Positions 28,451 through 38,530 are shown, counted from the first letter of the stretch. The stretch: DNA of 64,000 nucleotides from Candidatus Anderseniibacteriota bacterium (GCA_040876835.1 JBBDOX010000016.1:23414-87413); one strand, 5' to 3'. Notes: generated from the sequence alone by a model not told the origin. Made by a program: numbers and translations.

Positions 28451-28986
28451 GATCGTAGACGTTTACTTGATACTAACTTCCTAGAGACAGCATCCTGCTG
28501 GAGGGGAAATGCCTCGTACCACAGGATAATCATGGCAAACAGAACAAAAGTTGTTCCGGCAATGTTAGTAAATAGCAGCCGGAAGGGCAGAGTAAGCCAG
28601 ACTAGTTGCCACTCCTCTATTGTTTGCCAGAGAGGAACTAATGGTGCAACCCCGATTATTAGAGCCTGCAGGCATGTTATACCTCCCACTAGGCTAAGAA
28701 AAGTACCAGAAAGCCCCGGCTCCACCAAAGAAAAGAGCCGCCGAAAGCCAAAAGGAGCAATAATTGCGACCGTCATGAGTCCAGGTGGCAGAAAGGAAAA
28801 GAGTTCGGCAATGATTACCAGGCTAACAACCACGCTAACAGGGGCCAGGGTGTATGCCAGAAACGTTGCCAGGGCCAGAGGCGCTATAATGTAAGAGGTT
28901 AGATAATCTTGCAGGGTAAAGTGAACTATGGAAGCCACCGCAATCACAACGAACAAGAAGAGATACTTGCGACCTCGGACTCTCAT
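28447..28986 (-). CDS. mreD: MreD-like membrane protein
   Basis: About 5 TM segments; overlaps mreC and pbp2 (assigned by synteny). Confidence 0.6.
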   Translation of the reverse strand: MRVRGRKYLFLFVVIAVASIVHFTLQDYLTSYIIAPLALATFLAYTLAPVSVVVSLVIIAELFSFLPPGLMTVAIIAPFGFRRLFSLVEPGLSGTFLSLVGGITCLQALIIGVAPLVPLWQTIEEWQLVWLTLPFRLLFTNIAGTTFVLFAMIILWYEAFPLQQDAVSRKLVSSKRLRS

Positions 28987-29747
28987 GGAGCCACCAGCAA
29001 GACTACGGCATCAAGACGGTCAATATCGTACGGTAAAACTACCCGGGCTTCCTGATAGGCTTCATGTTCAAGGCTGAGTATATTGGTAAGTGAGCCAATG
29101 GTAAGTCCGGCCGGAACAGCACCTTCGCGGGCGGTTGTTATAACAGACTCCCCCTCTATGAGCTCAATATCTTTAGGGATAGTGGTGAGATGGAGGGAAG
29201 TGAAGTGACGAGCCTGTAAAAGGCCACGCGCTGCTGGTTTCTCGCTGTCGGTTGGCACGGTCTCGGCGGTAAGATTCGTTTGAGGGTGTAAGAGAGAAGT
29301 AACAACTGCAGACCTTTCATTAACTTCCGTGATAAATCCTATAAGTACTGAACCGTGAATCACTGCCGGAGAGCCAATGCTAACTCCATCTCGAATTCCC
29401 TTGTTAACCACGACTTGCGACTGAAAGGTATCAATCGGGCGCCCGACAATCCGGGCAGCAACTGGTTGGTACGATTCAAAGGCTGGTGATCCTAGTTGTG
29501 TCTGCAAACGGACATAGTCGCGTAGCTGCGCTTTGAGTCGGATGTTTTCCGCCTGCAGCCGATTTATCTGCGTGTACACTTCGGGAGCAGGTTCAACATC
29601 CCCCAGCCCGCCTGCTTTGCCCACTAAGGCAGTGACGGCGGACCAGGTGGCCAGGCGAGCCGTTCGCATGACTGGGGTCTGAAAAAATGCCAAGACGAGC
29701 AGCAGAGCGGCTAATGCTCCCAGGGCGACTATGGTACGACTTTTCAT
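28983..29747 (-). CDS. mreC: Rod shape-determining protein MreC
   Basis: TM, LQAENIRLK coiled coil, NKGIRDGV, PAGLTIG. Confidence 0.9.
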   Translation of the reverse strand: MKSRTIVALGALAALLLVLAFFQTPVMRTARLATWSAVTALVGKAGGLGDVEPAPEVYTQINRLQAENIRLKAQLRDYVRLQTQLGSPAFESYQPVAARIVGRPIDTFQSQVVVNKGIRDGVSIGSPAVIHGSVLIGFITEVNERSAVVTSLLHPQTNLTAETVPTDSEKPAARGLLQARHFTSLHLTTIPKDIELIEGESVITTAREGAVPAGLTIGSLTNILSLEHEAYQEARVVLPYDIDRLDAVVLLVAP

Positions 29748-29767
29748 GCTCTATAGAATACCGAAAC

Positions 29768-30826
29768 TCACTTAAGCTGTGAATTATGCACGGAGGGTAG
29801 TAATACTTCCTGAAGGGATTCCAGATCTTCCAGAACGATTCCTGTGCCTCGAACGACAGCTGTTAGAGGATCATCAGCTACATGGGTGCGAATTTGGGTT
29901 GAGCGGGCTATTACCTCGTCTAATCCCCGAAGCAGAGCGCCTCCTCCGGCGAGGAAGATGCCTTGTTCAATAATGTCCGATAACAATTCAGGAGGGGTTT
30001 CTTCAATCGCATCTTTGATGGCCTCAACAATTGTTGTGATTGATCGCTGCATCGCCTCGCGTGCCTGCGGAGCGCTCATGATAATTTCTTTAGGTAGACC
30101 CGTTACAAGGTCTCGTCCTCGCACGGGCGCTTCCAGCGAATCATCAGAATCAATAGCGCTGCCAATCCGAATTTTAATTTCCTCAGCGCTGCGTTCCCCA
30201 ATTAACATATTAAAATGATCGCGCACGTATTGAACGACATTTTCATTAAGTTCATCTCCCGCTATGCGCAACGTCTTGTTGACCACAATACCGCCGAGGG
30301 AGATAACGGAGATCTCGGTGGTGCCACCACCAATATCAACCATAATATTTCCTTTGGCTTCATGGATCGGCATCCGAGCTCCAATTGCCGCTGCCATCGA
30401 CTCTTCAATCAGAAATACAGCCCTGGCTCCGGCCCGCAGACTGGCCTCTTCCACTGCTCGACGTTCAACTTCTGTCACTGATGAGGGAATACCGATTACG
30501 ATGCGTGGCCGGGGCATGAAGTGAAAACCGTTCTCGTGGACTTTCTGGATAAAATAACTGAGCATCTGTTCAGTAACCTCAAAGTCGGAAATAACGCCAT
30601 CGCGCAGGGGGCGTACCGCAACAATATGGGCTGGTGTTTTCCCGACCATGCGCTGGGCCTCCTTGCCGATAGCCAGAACTTCCCCAGTTTTGTTATTGAT
30701 CGCGACCACCGACGGCTCATTAATAACAATCCCCTCGCCACGAACGTATACGAGAGTGTTAGCCGTTCCCAGGTCAATACCAATATCCTGGGAGAATTTT
30801 CCAAGCATGTTATTTACAAACCCCAC
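29768..30826 (-). CDS. mreB: Rod shape-determining protein MreB
   Basis: IGIDLGTANT, EPSVVA, DIGGGTTE, GGGALL. Confidence 0.96.
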   Translation of the reverse strand: MGFVNNMLGKFSQDIGIDLGTANTLVYVRGEGIVINEPSVVAINNKTGEVLAIGKEAQRMVGKTPAHIVAVRPLRDGVISDFEVTEQMLSYFIQKVHENGFHFMPRPRIVIGIPSSVTEVERRAVEEASLRAGARAVFLIEESMAAAIGARMPIHEAKGNIMVDIGGGTTEISVISLGGIVVNKTLRIAGDELNENVVQYVRDHFNMLIGERSAEEIKIRIGSAIDSDDSLEAPVRGRDLVTGLPKEIIMSAPQAREAMQRSITTIVEAIKDAIEETPPELLSDIIEQGIFLAGGGALLRGLDEVIARSTQIRTHVADDPLTAVVRGTGIVLEDLESLQEVLLPSVHNSQLK

Positions 30827-30835
30827 AATATGCGT

Positions 30836-32068
30836 CTAGTTAGTAACCTGTTTAATAAATTCCTCAGCAGACATCAGGGTGTTGTCCTGTTCAGTGCGAC
30901 GTTTTACTTCTATCTGTCCTCCGGTTTTTTTTGATACTACAACACGCCAGGGAATACCTAACAGATCAGCGTCGCCAAATTTATCACCTGGTGACACATT
31001 CCGATCGTCGTACAGCACATCTATACCCGCCTTCTGCAATGCCTTATACACACCATCGGCCTGGTTGCGGATTGTTTCATCGTCACCATTAAGACCAGCC
31101 AAGTAGACAGTGTATGGTGCCACGGAGTCCGGCCAGATAATTCCCCTCTCGTCATGGAATTTCTCTACCAACACTCCCATAATCCGGCTGGTTCCAATTC
31201 CATAAGAGGCCATATACACAGGCTTTTCTTGTCCGTCTTCATGTCGGAAGTGATAGTTGAAAGCTTTAGTAAACTTAGTGCCTAAAGGAAAAATATTTCC
31301 AACTTCGGAAGCCGGGTGCTGGGTGTAGCTCGATTGTACCTCTTCAGTCGCTACCTCTTTATTCCACCCATCTCCCTCATCGTTAACATAAATAGTATCC
31401 TCCCCGGATTCACACACCGTCTGAAACTCGTGTGAGAAGTCTTTCGTAAAATCTCCACCTGAGGCTCGAACAATGTATGTATCATCTCCCAAACCCACCC
31501 GACGAAAGACATTCATGTAGACCTCTTTAGCTTTCTCGTAATATTCCTGCATACTCTCCAGGCTGACGTGAAAGCTATACAGATCTTTCATGCGGAATTC
31601 CCGGCCGCGCAGCAGACCTGATTTCGGTCGTTCCTCATTGCGAAACTTCGTCTGAATCTGATAGACCCCAAATGGCAGGTCCTTGTAGCTGGGTTTCATC
31701 TTCTGAACAATCGGCGTGATGAGCTCTTCGTGAGTGGGGTTAATAATGAACGCCGTGTCATTCTTAGCCAGCGACGCTTTGTTGGCGCCTCGGGCTTCAA
31801 ATAGAACATCAAAGCCGGTTCTATTAGTTTGTTCCCACAGAGAGCGAGGTGAGAGAGTTGGCATTAGCATTTCCGCACCAATAGCATCCATTTCTTCCCG
31901 TACAATGTTTTCAATCTTGTTGAGCACTCGCCAACCTAACGGCAGAAATGTGTACACTCCGGCCATTGTTTGATCAATAAAGCCGCCCTTAATAAGAAGG
32001 GTGGCATTTATGGAATCAAACTGTTTCGATTCCTTTGTGGTTTTCAGGAGAAGTTGTGAGTAGCGCAT
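30836..32068 (-). CDS. proS: Proline--tRNA ligase (short form without a full editing insertion)
   Basis: PTHEE, QTKFRNEERP, REFRMKDLYSF, EVGNIF, YGIG. Confidence 0.93.
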   Translation of the reverse strand: MRYSQLLLKTTKESKQFDSINATLLIKGGFIDQTMAGVYTFLPLGWRVLNKIENIVREEMDAIGAEMLMPTLSPRSLWEQTNRTGFDVLFEARGANKASLAKNDTAFIINPTHEELITPIVQKMKPSYKDLPFGVYQIQTKFRNEERPKSGLLRGREFRMKDLYSFHVSLESMQEYYEKAKEVYMNVFRRVGLGDDTYIVRASGGDFTKDFSHEFQTVCESGEDTIYVNDEGDGWNKEVATEEVQSSYTQHPASEVGNIFPLGTKFTKAFNYHFRHEDGQEKPVYMASYGIGTSRIMGVLVEKFHDERGIIWPDSVAPYTVYLAGLNGDDETIRNQADGVYKALQKAGIDVLYDDRNVSPGDKFGDADLLGIPWRVVVSKKTGGQIEVKRRTEQDNTLMSAEEFIKQVTN

Positions 32069-32073
32069 GGGGA

Positions 32074-33150
32074 TTAAATATACCGCTGGATATCTTTAAA
32101 GGTAATCAACACCATAAGGGCGATTAAAAACACGAAACCCGTTGTATGTACAATAGACTCGATTCTTCCGGGAATCCGGCGACCAAAGAGTTTCTCCAGT
32201 ATAACAAACAGAATACGTCCCCCGTCCAGTGCCGGCAGGGGCAGAATATTGATAATAGCCAGGTTAATACTAATCAGAGCCGCAAACTCCAGTAGGTATG
32301 ACAGCCCCAGTTGAGTGGCTTCATTGGTATACACGGCGATCGCCACGGGTCCCGATAAGGCCTCCCCGACATTTCCTTGCGTAATCAAGCGCTGCAGTAG
32401 CAGTGCAAATTGAACCACAATAGCTGCCGTCAGCTGTCCCGTCCGCTTTACTCCCTCCCATGGAGTTTTCCACCAGGGGGTCTTTTCCAATCCTGTTGCG
32501 GCAAGCGAGATACCCAACGCTCCCTCCCCTTCAGGTGGATTCTCGCGTGCCAGTATCTGCTTTTCTAGATGCTGGCCCTGGCGCTCGATTTCGATTGCAA
32601 CGTCGCTGCCGGCCTGTTCCCGCACCACGCGCTGAATATCTTCCACCAGCGGATTTTCGACTCCATTAATACTGACAATTCGATCGAACTCTTTCAGTTC
32701 CGCCTGCGCCGCCGGAGTGCCATCAATGACGTCAAGAATATATGTTTTGTGATCTGTTAAGGTTTGCGCGTTGTCGTCAGTCACCAGCGTTGGAGCTCCT
32801 AAACCTGACTGTACCGCCAGCAGCACTGCTGCCAGTACCAGATTCATCGTTACCCCTGCTGCCAGGATAACGATCCGCCAGCCCGCGGACTTACCAGCGA
32901 AACTAGTGGGTCCCGGGTCCTGCTCGTCCATGTTCTCACCTTCTATTTTGACAAAGCCGCCAATCGGTAGCAGGTTGAATGACCACCGTGTGCCATTTTT
33001 AACAAAGGAGGCTATACGGGGCGGAAATCCGAAACCAAACTCCTCCACGTTACAGCCAGCCTTCTTGGCAGCGATATAATGGCCCCATTCGTGCGCCAGC
33101 ACGAGGATGAGGAGCATGACAATAAAGACAATGACGGTGAGCCAAATCAT
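32074..33150 (-). CDS. rseP: RIP metalloprotease RseP (M50 with PDZ domain)
   Basis: HEWGH, GFGFPP, NILPLPALDGG. Confidence 0.93.
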   Translation of the reverse strand: MIWLTVIVFIVMLLILVLAHEWGHYIAAKKAGCNVEEFGFGFPPRIASFVKNGTRWSFNLLPIGGFVKIEGENMDEQDPGPTSFAGKSAGWRIVILAAGVTMNLVLAAVLLAVQSGLGAPTLVTDDNAQTLTDHKTYILDVIDGTPAAQAELKEFDRIVSINGVENPLVEDIQRVVREQAGSDVAIEIERQGQHLEKQILARENPPEGEGALGISLAATGLEKTPWWKTPWEGVKRTGQLTAAIVVQFALLLQRLITQGNVGEALSGPVAIAVYTNEATQLGLSYLLEFAALISINLAIINILPLPALDGGRILFVILEKLFGRRIPGRIESIVHTTGFVFLIALMVLITFKDIQRYI

Positions 33151-33278
33151 GGGGTTCAGCGTACCGGGAAATGACCTGTTTTACTAGCTTACCTTTTTTG
33201 CTCCCTCTCGTGGCTCAGGTCAAGGGACATGATCGCCATCCCAAAATAGTTGACTTAGTTATTATTATGAAGCATATC

Positions 33279-33472
33279 ATGCGGAATGCTGGCACGAAGC
33301 CCAGTAGGCTTAGCCCCCTGGCCCCTTGAAGATGGACTTCAGGATGCGAACAAGCGAAGGGACCCAACAGGGTTCCCGAGGTGGCTCGGAGCAAGACGTT
33401 CACAACGTAGCTCATTCCGACGCCCATTGACGGCACAGCTACACGAGTCACCGAGTAGGAAAAGGTCCGCAT
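33279..33472 (+). ncRNA. Unassigned structured non-coding RNA candidate (~195 nt)
   Basis: 5' ATGCGGA pairs with 3' TCCGCAT; several internal hairpins; promoter-like AT-rich sequence upstream and terminator downstream. Confidence 0.55.
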
Positions 33473-33477
33473 TCATC

Positions 33478-33515
33478 ACGTCCCGGAAAACGTTTCCTGG
33501 ACGTTTCCTTTTCTC
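33478..33515 (+). terminator. Intrinsic terminator (may also serve convergent frr)
   Basis: ACGTCC-C-GGAAA-ACG-TTTCC-T-GGACGT followed by TTCCTTTT. Confidence 0.65.
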
Positions 33516-34076
33516 TTATATCGTCGTAATCTCCTCTTCCTTCTTTTTAGTCAGAAGTGCCACTTCGTCGTTAGCTTTGGCAATGAGCTCATCCAGTTTT
33601 TTCTTGCCATCGTAGAAGTCATCCTCGGTGATGTCGTTTTTTTCTTTGTCGTCCTTTAAACCCTTTAAGGCTTCATCTCGACCCTGTCGTAGTCGAACCC
33701 GGGCTTCCTCTGCCTTGCCGTGCAAAACTTTTATTGTCCGCTGTCGCGATTCCTCAGTCATTGAAGGAAAGGCTAAACGGATAATTGAGCTGTCGGTTGT
33801 AGGATTTACGCCTAAATTAGCATTGGTTACAGCTTTTTCAATATCGCTCATAATATTTTTGTCGAATGGAGAAATGACCAGAGTGCGGGCATCGCTGCTG
33901 GATACGGAAGCCAGGCTGTTGAGCGGACTACGCGAGCCATAGGCCTCTACCGGAATTGATTCCACCAGATCAGGCGTTACCCGGCCAGTGCGCAAGGCAC
34001 CGGTATCTTTGCGAAACCGCTCCATGGTTTCCTGACGGCTGGACTCGAATATGGATTGGGCCTGTTGAAACGACAT
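33516..34076 (-). CDS. frr: Ribosome recycling factor
   Basis: LRTGRVTP, AYGS, MTEESR, EEARVRLR. Confidence 0.95.
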   Translation of the reverse strand: MSFQQAQSIFESSRQETMERFRKDTGALRTGRVTPDLVESIPVEAYGSRSPLNSLASVSSSDARTLVISPFDKNIMSDIEKAVTNANLGVNPTTDSSIIRLAFPSMTEESRQRTIKVLHGKAEEARVRLRQGRDEALKGLKDDKEKNDITEDDFYDGKKKLDELIAKANDEVALLTKKKEEEITTI

Positions 34077-34105
34077 ACAATACAGTGGATATATAAAATA
34101 TTAGT

Positions 34106-34792
34106 TCAAGTATTCCCTAGCTGGCGGAGCGTAGCAAGGAGGACTGTCGAGGCCATCTTCTCGTTGCCTCGCGAAGCTCGGATCTTGTAATAATCTCGCA
34201 GGCGCATCAGGGCTAGTTTGGTATATGGATTTACTTTTGTTCGGGACTGATGCAGCAGAAAACTGCCGATAGTCTCCAGCTCCTCTGAAGACAGTGTTTC
34301 TTTTTTGCTGGAAACAAGCAGGTCTGAAGGTAACGATACAATTGGGGATGCGCTTTTAATGACAGATATACCGGGTGCTCGCAGTGTCTGACAGCGCGAC
34401 ACAATTGTTGGCAGAACCCTGCCGGGATATGCGGTCAGCAGCAGAAAACGATTAGCCGAAGAAGATTCTTCCAACTCTTTGAGCAGGGCGTTGGCAGCAG
34501 TAATCTGGATGCGATCAACCGGTTCAATAACAATGAGGCGCTTATCACTAAAGGATGTTCGTGTCAGGTGATCAAGCAGCTCGCGAACTTGTTTAATCTT
34601 AATAGTATGCCCGTCTGGCTTCAGGTGATGCAGCTCGGTCTTAGCAGCAAAGTGTTCTATGGCGGAATGAATAAAAGCCTCTGTATCTTCGCTTGGAGAG
34701 ACGGTAACAAGGAGTGGCTGTTCTGTACGATCTGACTCAACCCAGCGGGATAGTGTGGGCCAGAACGACTCAGCAGTTCTCGGCTCGCTCAT
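34106..34792 (-). CDS. holB: DNA polymerase III delta-prime-like subunit (shortened)
   Basis: IKIKQVREL, AANALLKELEE, VLPTIVSRC. Confidence 0.75.
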   Translation of the reverse strand: MSEPRTAESFWPTLSRWVESDRTEQPLLVTVSPSEDTEAFIHSAIEHFAAKTELHHLKPDGHTIKIKQVRELLDHLTRTSFSDKRLIVIEPVDRIQITAANALLKELEESSSANRFLLLTAYPGRVLPTIVSRCQTLRAPGISVIKSASPIVSLPSDLLVSSKKETLSSEELETIGSFLLHQSRTKVNPYTKLALMRLRDYYKIRASRGNEKMASTVLLATLRQLGNT

Positions 34793-35667
34793 GCACGCTT
34801 GGATAGGAATAGCAGGATTGGCGGTGCCACGAACCAGGAAGAGTAGGCGCCGGCGATAGTGCCCACAATGAGGGCGGCGATAAACCAGTGAATGGTGCTG
34901 CCGCCGAAGAGTAGTAGTGCAATGAGAACAAGCAGGGTTGTAAACGAGGTATTAAATGAGCGGGCCAGCGTTGCCACAAAGGCACGGTTAATAATATCCA
35001 GTAATTTCGATTGTCGGGACTGTCTCCATTCCGATCTCATGCGGGCAAACAGAATAATGGTGTCGTTAACTGAATACCCGAGAATAGCCAGCAGAGCTGT
35101 GACGAAGAGAGTGTCAATCGGCGCTCCCCATACTCTGCCGAGAATCGCAAAGGCAGCCGTTACGAACAGAATATCGTGCAGTAAAGCTATAACCGCAGCC
35201 ACCCCAAATTTCCACGACTCAACTAGCCCCCTCATGCTGCGGAAGGTGTAGGCCAGATATCCAATCATACCCACTACAACCAGGATGATGGCCAGCAGGG
35301 ATTTACGGCGTAGTTCCTGTCCAATCGTCGGACCGATGGATTCGAACCGCAACTCTTCTCCCTCCAGTATTTCTGCCTCCCGGAAGGCAGAAAGAATTTC
35401 CTCTTTCTTTTCCTGCGATATTTCAGGTAAGCGGATAATGAAAGAGTTTTCCTGCGTAGTTTGTATTGATGCATCAAAACCGAACTGCTCGCGCAGTATC
35501 TGTTTGGCAGGGCTCACCTGCTCGCTGCCGACAGGAAGTTCCAGCAATGATCCGCCCAGAAAATCAATACCCCAGTTTAGGCCTAGTGTGGCGATAATGA
35601 TTATGCTGGCAGCAATAGTTACTACTGAAATGCCAAGCCATACGTTTGGATATTTAAGCGGGGTCAT
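34789..35667 (-). CDS. secF: Protein translocase subunit SecF
   Basis: GIDFLGGS, IGPTIGQEL, LLHD, GYSVNDTI. Confidence 0.95.
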   Translation of the reverse strand: MTPLKYPNVWLGISVVTIAASIIIIATLGLNWGIDFLGGSLLELPVGSEQVSPAKQILREQFGFDASIQTTQENSFIIRLPEISQEKKEEILSAFREAEILEGEELRFESIGPTIGQELRRKSLLAIILVVVGMIGYLAYTFRSMRGLVESWKFGVAAVIALLHDILFVTAAFAILGRVWGAPIDTLFVTALLAILGYSVNDTIILFARMRSEWRQSRQSKLLDIINRAFVATLARSFNTSFTTLLVLIALLLFGGSTIHWFIAALIVGTIAGAYSSWFVAPPILLFLSKRA

Positions 35668-37001
35668 ACTGATGTACTTTTCTTTGCTCCGAGTAAAAAG
35701 GGCTTACGCGTAAAGCGTGGAGTCAGCGCCACGCTTAGCATGCCACGCGTTAAAACAATGGCAGTAAACATCGACAGTAAAATACCCAGCGAGAATGTTA
35801 AGGCAAATCCTCGGACTACAGACGTCCCAAATCCGTAGAGGATAAAGGCGGTAAATAGACTGGAAACATTCGAGGCTTTAATTGACTCCCAGGCCTCGGC
35901 AAAACCCTCCTTGAGAGCGTAGTTGAAAGTTTTGCCAGAACGAATATTCTCGCGGAGCCGTTCAAAAATCAGGACATTCGCATCAACAGCCATTCCAATC
36001 GACAGAATAAAGCCGGCAATACCGGCTAGCGTTAAGGTGATCGGCAAGAGTTTAACTACCGCCAAGAAGAACACTGCATATATTACTAGGGCAAGGGCTG
36101 CAACTACACCCGGCAAGCGGTAATATACAACCATCCAGATCATCACCGCCAGGATGCCGTAAAGACCAGCGGTAATGCTATGTTCAATCGAAATTTGTCC
36201 CAGTGTGGGACCCACGGTCTGCTGGCCAATTAACTCGATCGGGACGGGCAGGGCTCCGGCATTAAGACTGCGCGCCAGATCTTTGGCTTCTTCCAAAGTG
36301 AAGCCGCCGGTGATAACCGCACTGCCGTTGGTAATTTCTGATTGGACCACCGGTGCACTGCGTGGGACTCCGTCAAGGTAGATGGCAATACGCTTCCCGA
36401 TACTTTCTTTCGTTAACTCCGCAAACAGTTTTGCACCCTCACTGTCGAAGTTTAAGCTCACGGTCGGAATACCGGTTACGGGATCAAACTCCACCGTTGC
36501 ATTATCGAGATGCTCACCGGTTAGCTCTGTTCGTTCGAAGATTTGTTGGATGATACCCGCTTCCCCGTCAATATTGAGGGTACCATCTTCACCCTGAGTC
36601 TCTCGACGAAAATCCAGTTGGGGTGTCTGTCCAATAAGTTTAATTGCCTCGTTGGGATCATGGACTCCAGCCAGCTCTACAATTACCCGATACTCCTCCC
36701 CGACCTGGTTAGTTTGGATAACAGGCTCGGAAACCCCAAAGGCATTCACGCGTCGCTCGATTACATCACGCACCCCTGCCAAAGCCTCAGTAGAATCTTG
36801 GGAGCTGTTTTCGGCAAGCTTGGCTCGATAGATGAGGTGTGATCCTCCCTGCAGATCAAGTCCAAGTTTTACATTCAGGTCACGGTGAAACTCCCCGATC
36901 GAAAGACTGGGGTGGTAAGGGCTAGCAACCCAGCCAGCCAGGCCGATTAGGATAACCAAACCCGCTGATCCAAGTATTCGGTTGCGTGTCCGGGATTTCA
37001 T
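35664..37001 (-). CDS. secD: Protein translocase subunit SecD
   Basis: LGLDLQGG, RRVNAFGVSEP, GMAVDANVLIFER. Confidence 0.96.
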   Translation of the reverse strand: MKSRTRNRILGSAGLVILIGLAGWVASPYHPSLSIGEFHRDLNVKLGLDLQGGSHLIYRAKLAENSSQDSTEALAGVRDVIERRVNAFGVSEPVIQTNQVGEEYRVIVELAGVHDPNEAIKLIGQTPQLDFRRETQGEDGTLNIDGEAGIIQQIFERTELTGEHLDNATVEFDPVTGIPTVSLNFDSEGAKLFAELTKESIGKRIAIYLDGVPRSAPVVQSEITNGSAVITGGFTLEEAKDLARSLNAGALPVPIELIGQQTVGPTLGQISIEHSITAGLYGILAVMIWMVVYYRLPGVVAALALVIYAVFFLAVVKLLPITLTLAGIAGFILSIGMAVDANVLIFERLRENIRSGKTFNYALKEGFAEAWESIKASNVSSLFTAFILYGFGTSVVRGFALTFSLGILLSMFTAIVLTRGMLSVALTPRFTRKPFLLGAKKSTSV

Positions 37002-37050
37002 AACTGTTGATTGTATCCTACCTGTACTGTCAGGAAAAGTGGAGCTTCAA

Positions 37051-37076
37051 AATCACCCCTCTGACAAGGGGTGATT
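37051..37076 (-). terminator. Terminator hairpin after ORF 37096-37743
   Basis: AATCACCCCT-N6-AGGGGTGATT perfect 10-bp inverted repeat. Confidence 0.6.
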
Positions 37077-37095
37077 CGTTAGAGCCAAGAATGGA

Positions 37096-37743
37096 TTATT
37101 TCGAAGCCCCCGGACAGGTCGAGCAATCAACGGGACCATAGTAAGCTTCCGCGTGTTCAGGAGCCAAGGCTCGCACCTTGGTCGCCTTTTTAGAGCCGGG
37201 TAGATATTCAACTTCCACCGGCATACCGCGCATCATATGGGGCTCGACTATAGTATCAAGCGACATATGGAATGTCTGATAGAGTAGGTGCCCGTTAACA
37301 TTCACATCCCGTAATTCAATCCGCTCGTGATGTTCAACGTTTGCTATGTAACCCCTGGCGCGCAGCATGATCGGGGGTGTGTCGAAGCCCTTAAAGGATC
37401 CAAAGTTGGCAATTGTTTTCCCCTGAGCTTTATGCCACATCATGGCATCTACCAGCTGCTCAAATGTTTTATAGTGTCCGCTTACAACTCCGGCCGCAAA
37501 AGAACGTTGGGAGAATTCATTAACCGGCAGCCCCGCCTGTCGCAGGGCAGCGTTTACCTGTGATACACGAACGGGATGAGCAGCATTGGGTTTGTTCATT
37601 TCTTCAGCAGCGTGAGCGGGATTGTGGATAGCTCCTACTCCCGCAACAACTAAAGCGGCTCCAAAGAGCAGTAGTACAAAGCGCATTAAAAATACGGCAG
37701 TCTCAGTCGGCGATGTTGTTGTAGAGTGCTCCATAGAAAACAA
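37096..37743 (-). CDS. Secreted His/Met-rich hypothetical protein with OB-fold-like C-terminus and CxxC
   Basis: Signal peptide ending AHA; GMPVEVEY...ATKV; terminal CSTC. Confidence 0.7.
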   Translation of the reverse strand: MFSMEHSTTTSPTETAVFLMRFVLLLFGAALVVAGVGAIHNPAHAAEEMNKPNAAHPVRVSQVNAALRQAGLPVNEFSQRSFAAGVVSGHYKTFEQLVDAMMWHKAQGKTIANFGSFKGFDTPPIMLRARGYIANVEHHERIELRDVNVNGHLLYQTFHMSLDTIVEPHMMRGMPVEVEYLPGSKKATKVRALAPEHAEAYYGPVDCSTCPGASK

Positions 37744-37841
37744 ATGTTAAGGTTCTTAGCACTCCCAAGCGTGCCGCCAAGGTTCGTTCCCCTGCAACAG
37801 TATGCAAAAGGTACTTTGTCAGCTTTGTTGACAGGTTTAGC

Positions 37842-38123
37842 TCAGGCTAATACCTCGTCCTGATATTCTGGAAAGTGGGTAGTGATTTCAGACAGACTAA
37901 ATTCCGGGAGGATGGATTCCTTAGGTTCGCGCTGCAACAGAAATTCAAAGGAAGCCTGCAGGAGCTCCTCCGGAGTATCATAGACTTCTGAAAACAGCTC
38001 CCAATACTCTTGCTCCAGGATAACCAGGTGAGTGGTTGTATCGGGGCCTTCTCCTACCAGCACCTCAAATTCCCACCCGTCGGCGAGTTTTTCCTTATTC
38101 TCAATAGAAACTTCTTCCATCAT
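37842..38123 (-). CDS. Conserved small acidic hypothetical protein
   Basis: LLQASFEFLLQREPKESILPEF pattern. Confidence 0.78.
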   Translation of the reverse strand: MMEEVSIENKEKLADGWEFEVLVGEGPDTTTHLVILEQEYWELFSEVYDTPEELLQASFEFLLQREPKESILPEFSLSEITTHFPEYQDEVLA

Positions 38124-38179
38124 ATGTTTAGTAGATACGCCTTTACCCTGCGTACATTTTCGTTATTTTACAAGAATTA

Positions 38180-38530
38180 TCAACCGGGGTCCGGTTCTGG
38201 GGTAACAGTATGCAATACATATGAGACTAAAGACAAGATGACACTAAAGGCCAGGGCCCAGAGGAAGCTGCTGACAGAGAAGTCGGGTACAATCACACTG
38301 GCCAACTGTACCAAAAGGGCGTTAATGACAAACAGAAATAGTCCCAGTGTTACGATCGTAACGGGCAGAGTGAGAATAACGAGGAAGGGTTTCAGGAAAG
38401 CGTTGATAATCCCCAGTACCGCCGCTGTTACAAGCGCTGCCACAAATCCCCCAACTGCTACACCCGGGAGAATATAGCTGGTAATGAGGACAGCAATGGT
38501 CAGGATGATCCAGCGGATAAAAATATTCAT
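38180..38530 (-). CDS. 4-TM 'phage holin family' membrane protein (YvlD/DUF360-like)
   Basis: LGIINAFLKPFLVILTLPVTIVTLGLFLFVINA. Confidence 0.88.
   Translation of the reverse strand: MNIFIRWIILTIAVLITSYILPGVAVGGFVAALVTAAVLGIINAFLKPFLVILTLPVTIVTLGLFLFVINALLVQLASVIVPDFSVSSFLWALAFSVILSLVSYVLHTVTPEPDPG

Noticed and set aside
33279-33472. RNase P, tmRNA or SRP identity for the RNA candidate (contains GGAGCAAG and AGGAAAAGGTCC)
   Set aside because: Motifs are imperfect and in the wrong order; no tRNA-like ends or SRP loop; too short
33215-33472. 85-aa minus-strand ORF in the rseP-frr gap
   Set aside because: No recognisable motif; promoter and terminator polarity favour a plus-strand RNA
37756-37782. 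CIRCE element (TTAGCACTC)
   Set aside because: Only the left half-site; no GAGTGCTAA after 9 nt
38180-38530. Prophage suggested by the 'holin family' gene
   Set aside because: This family is common on chromosomes; no phage genes nearby
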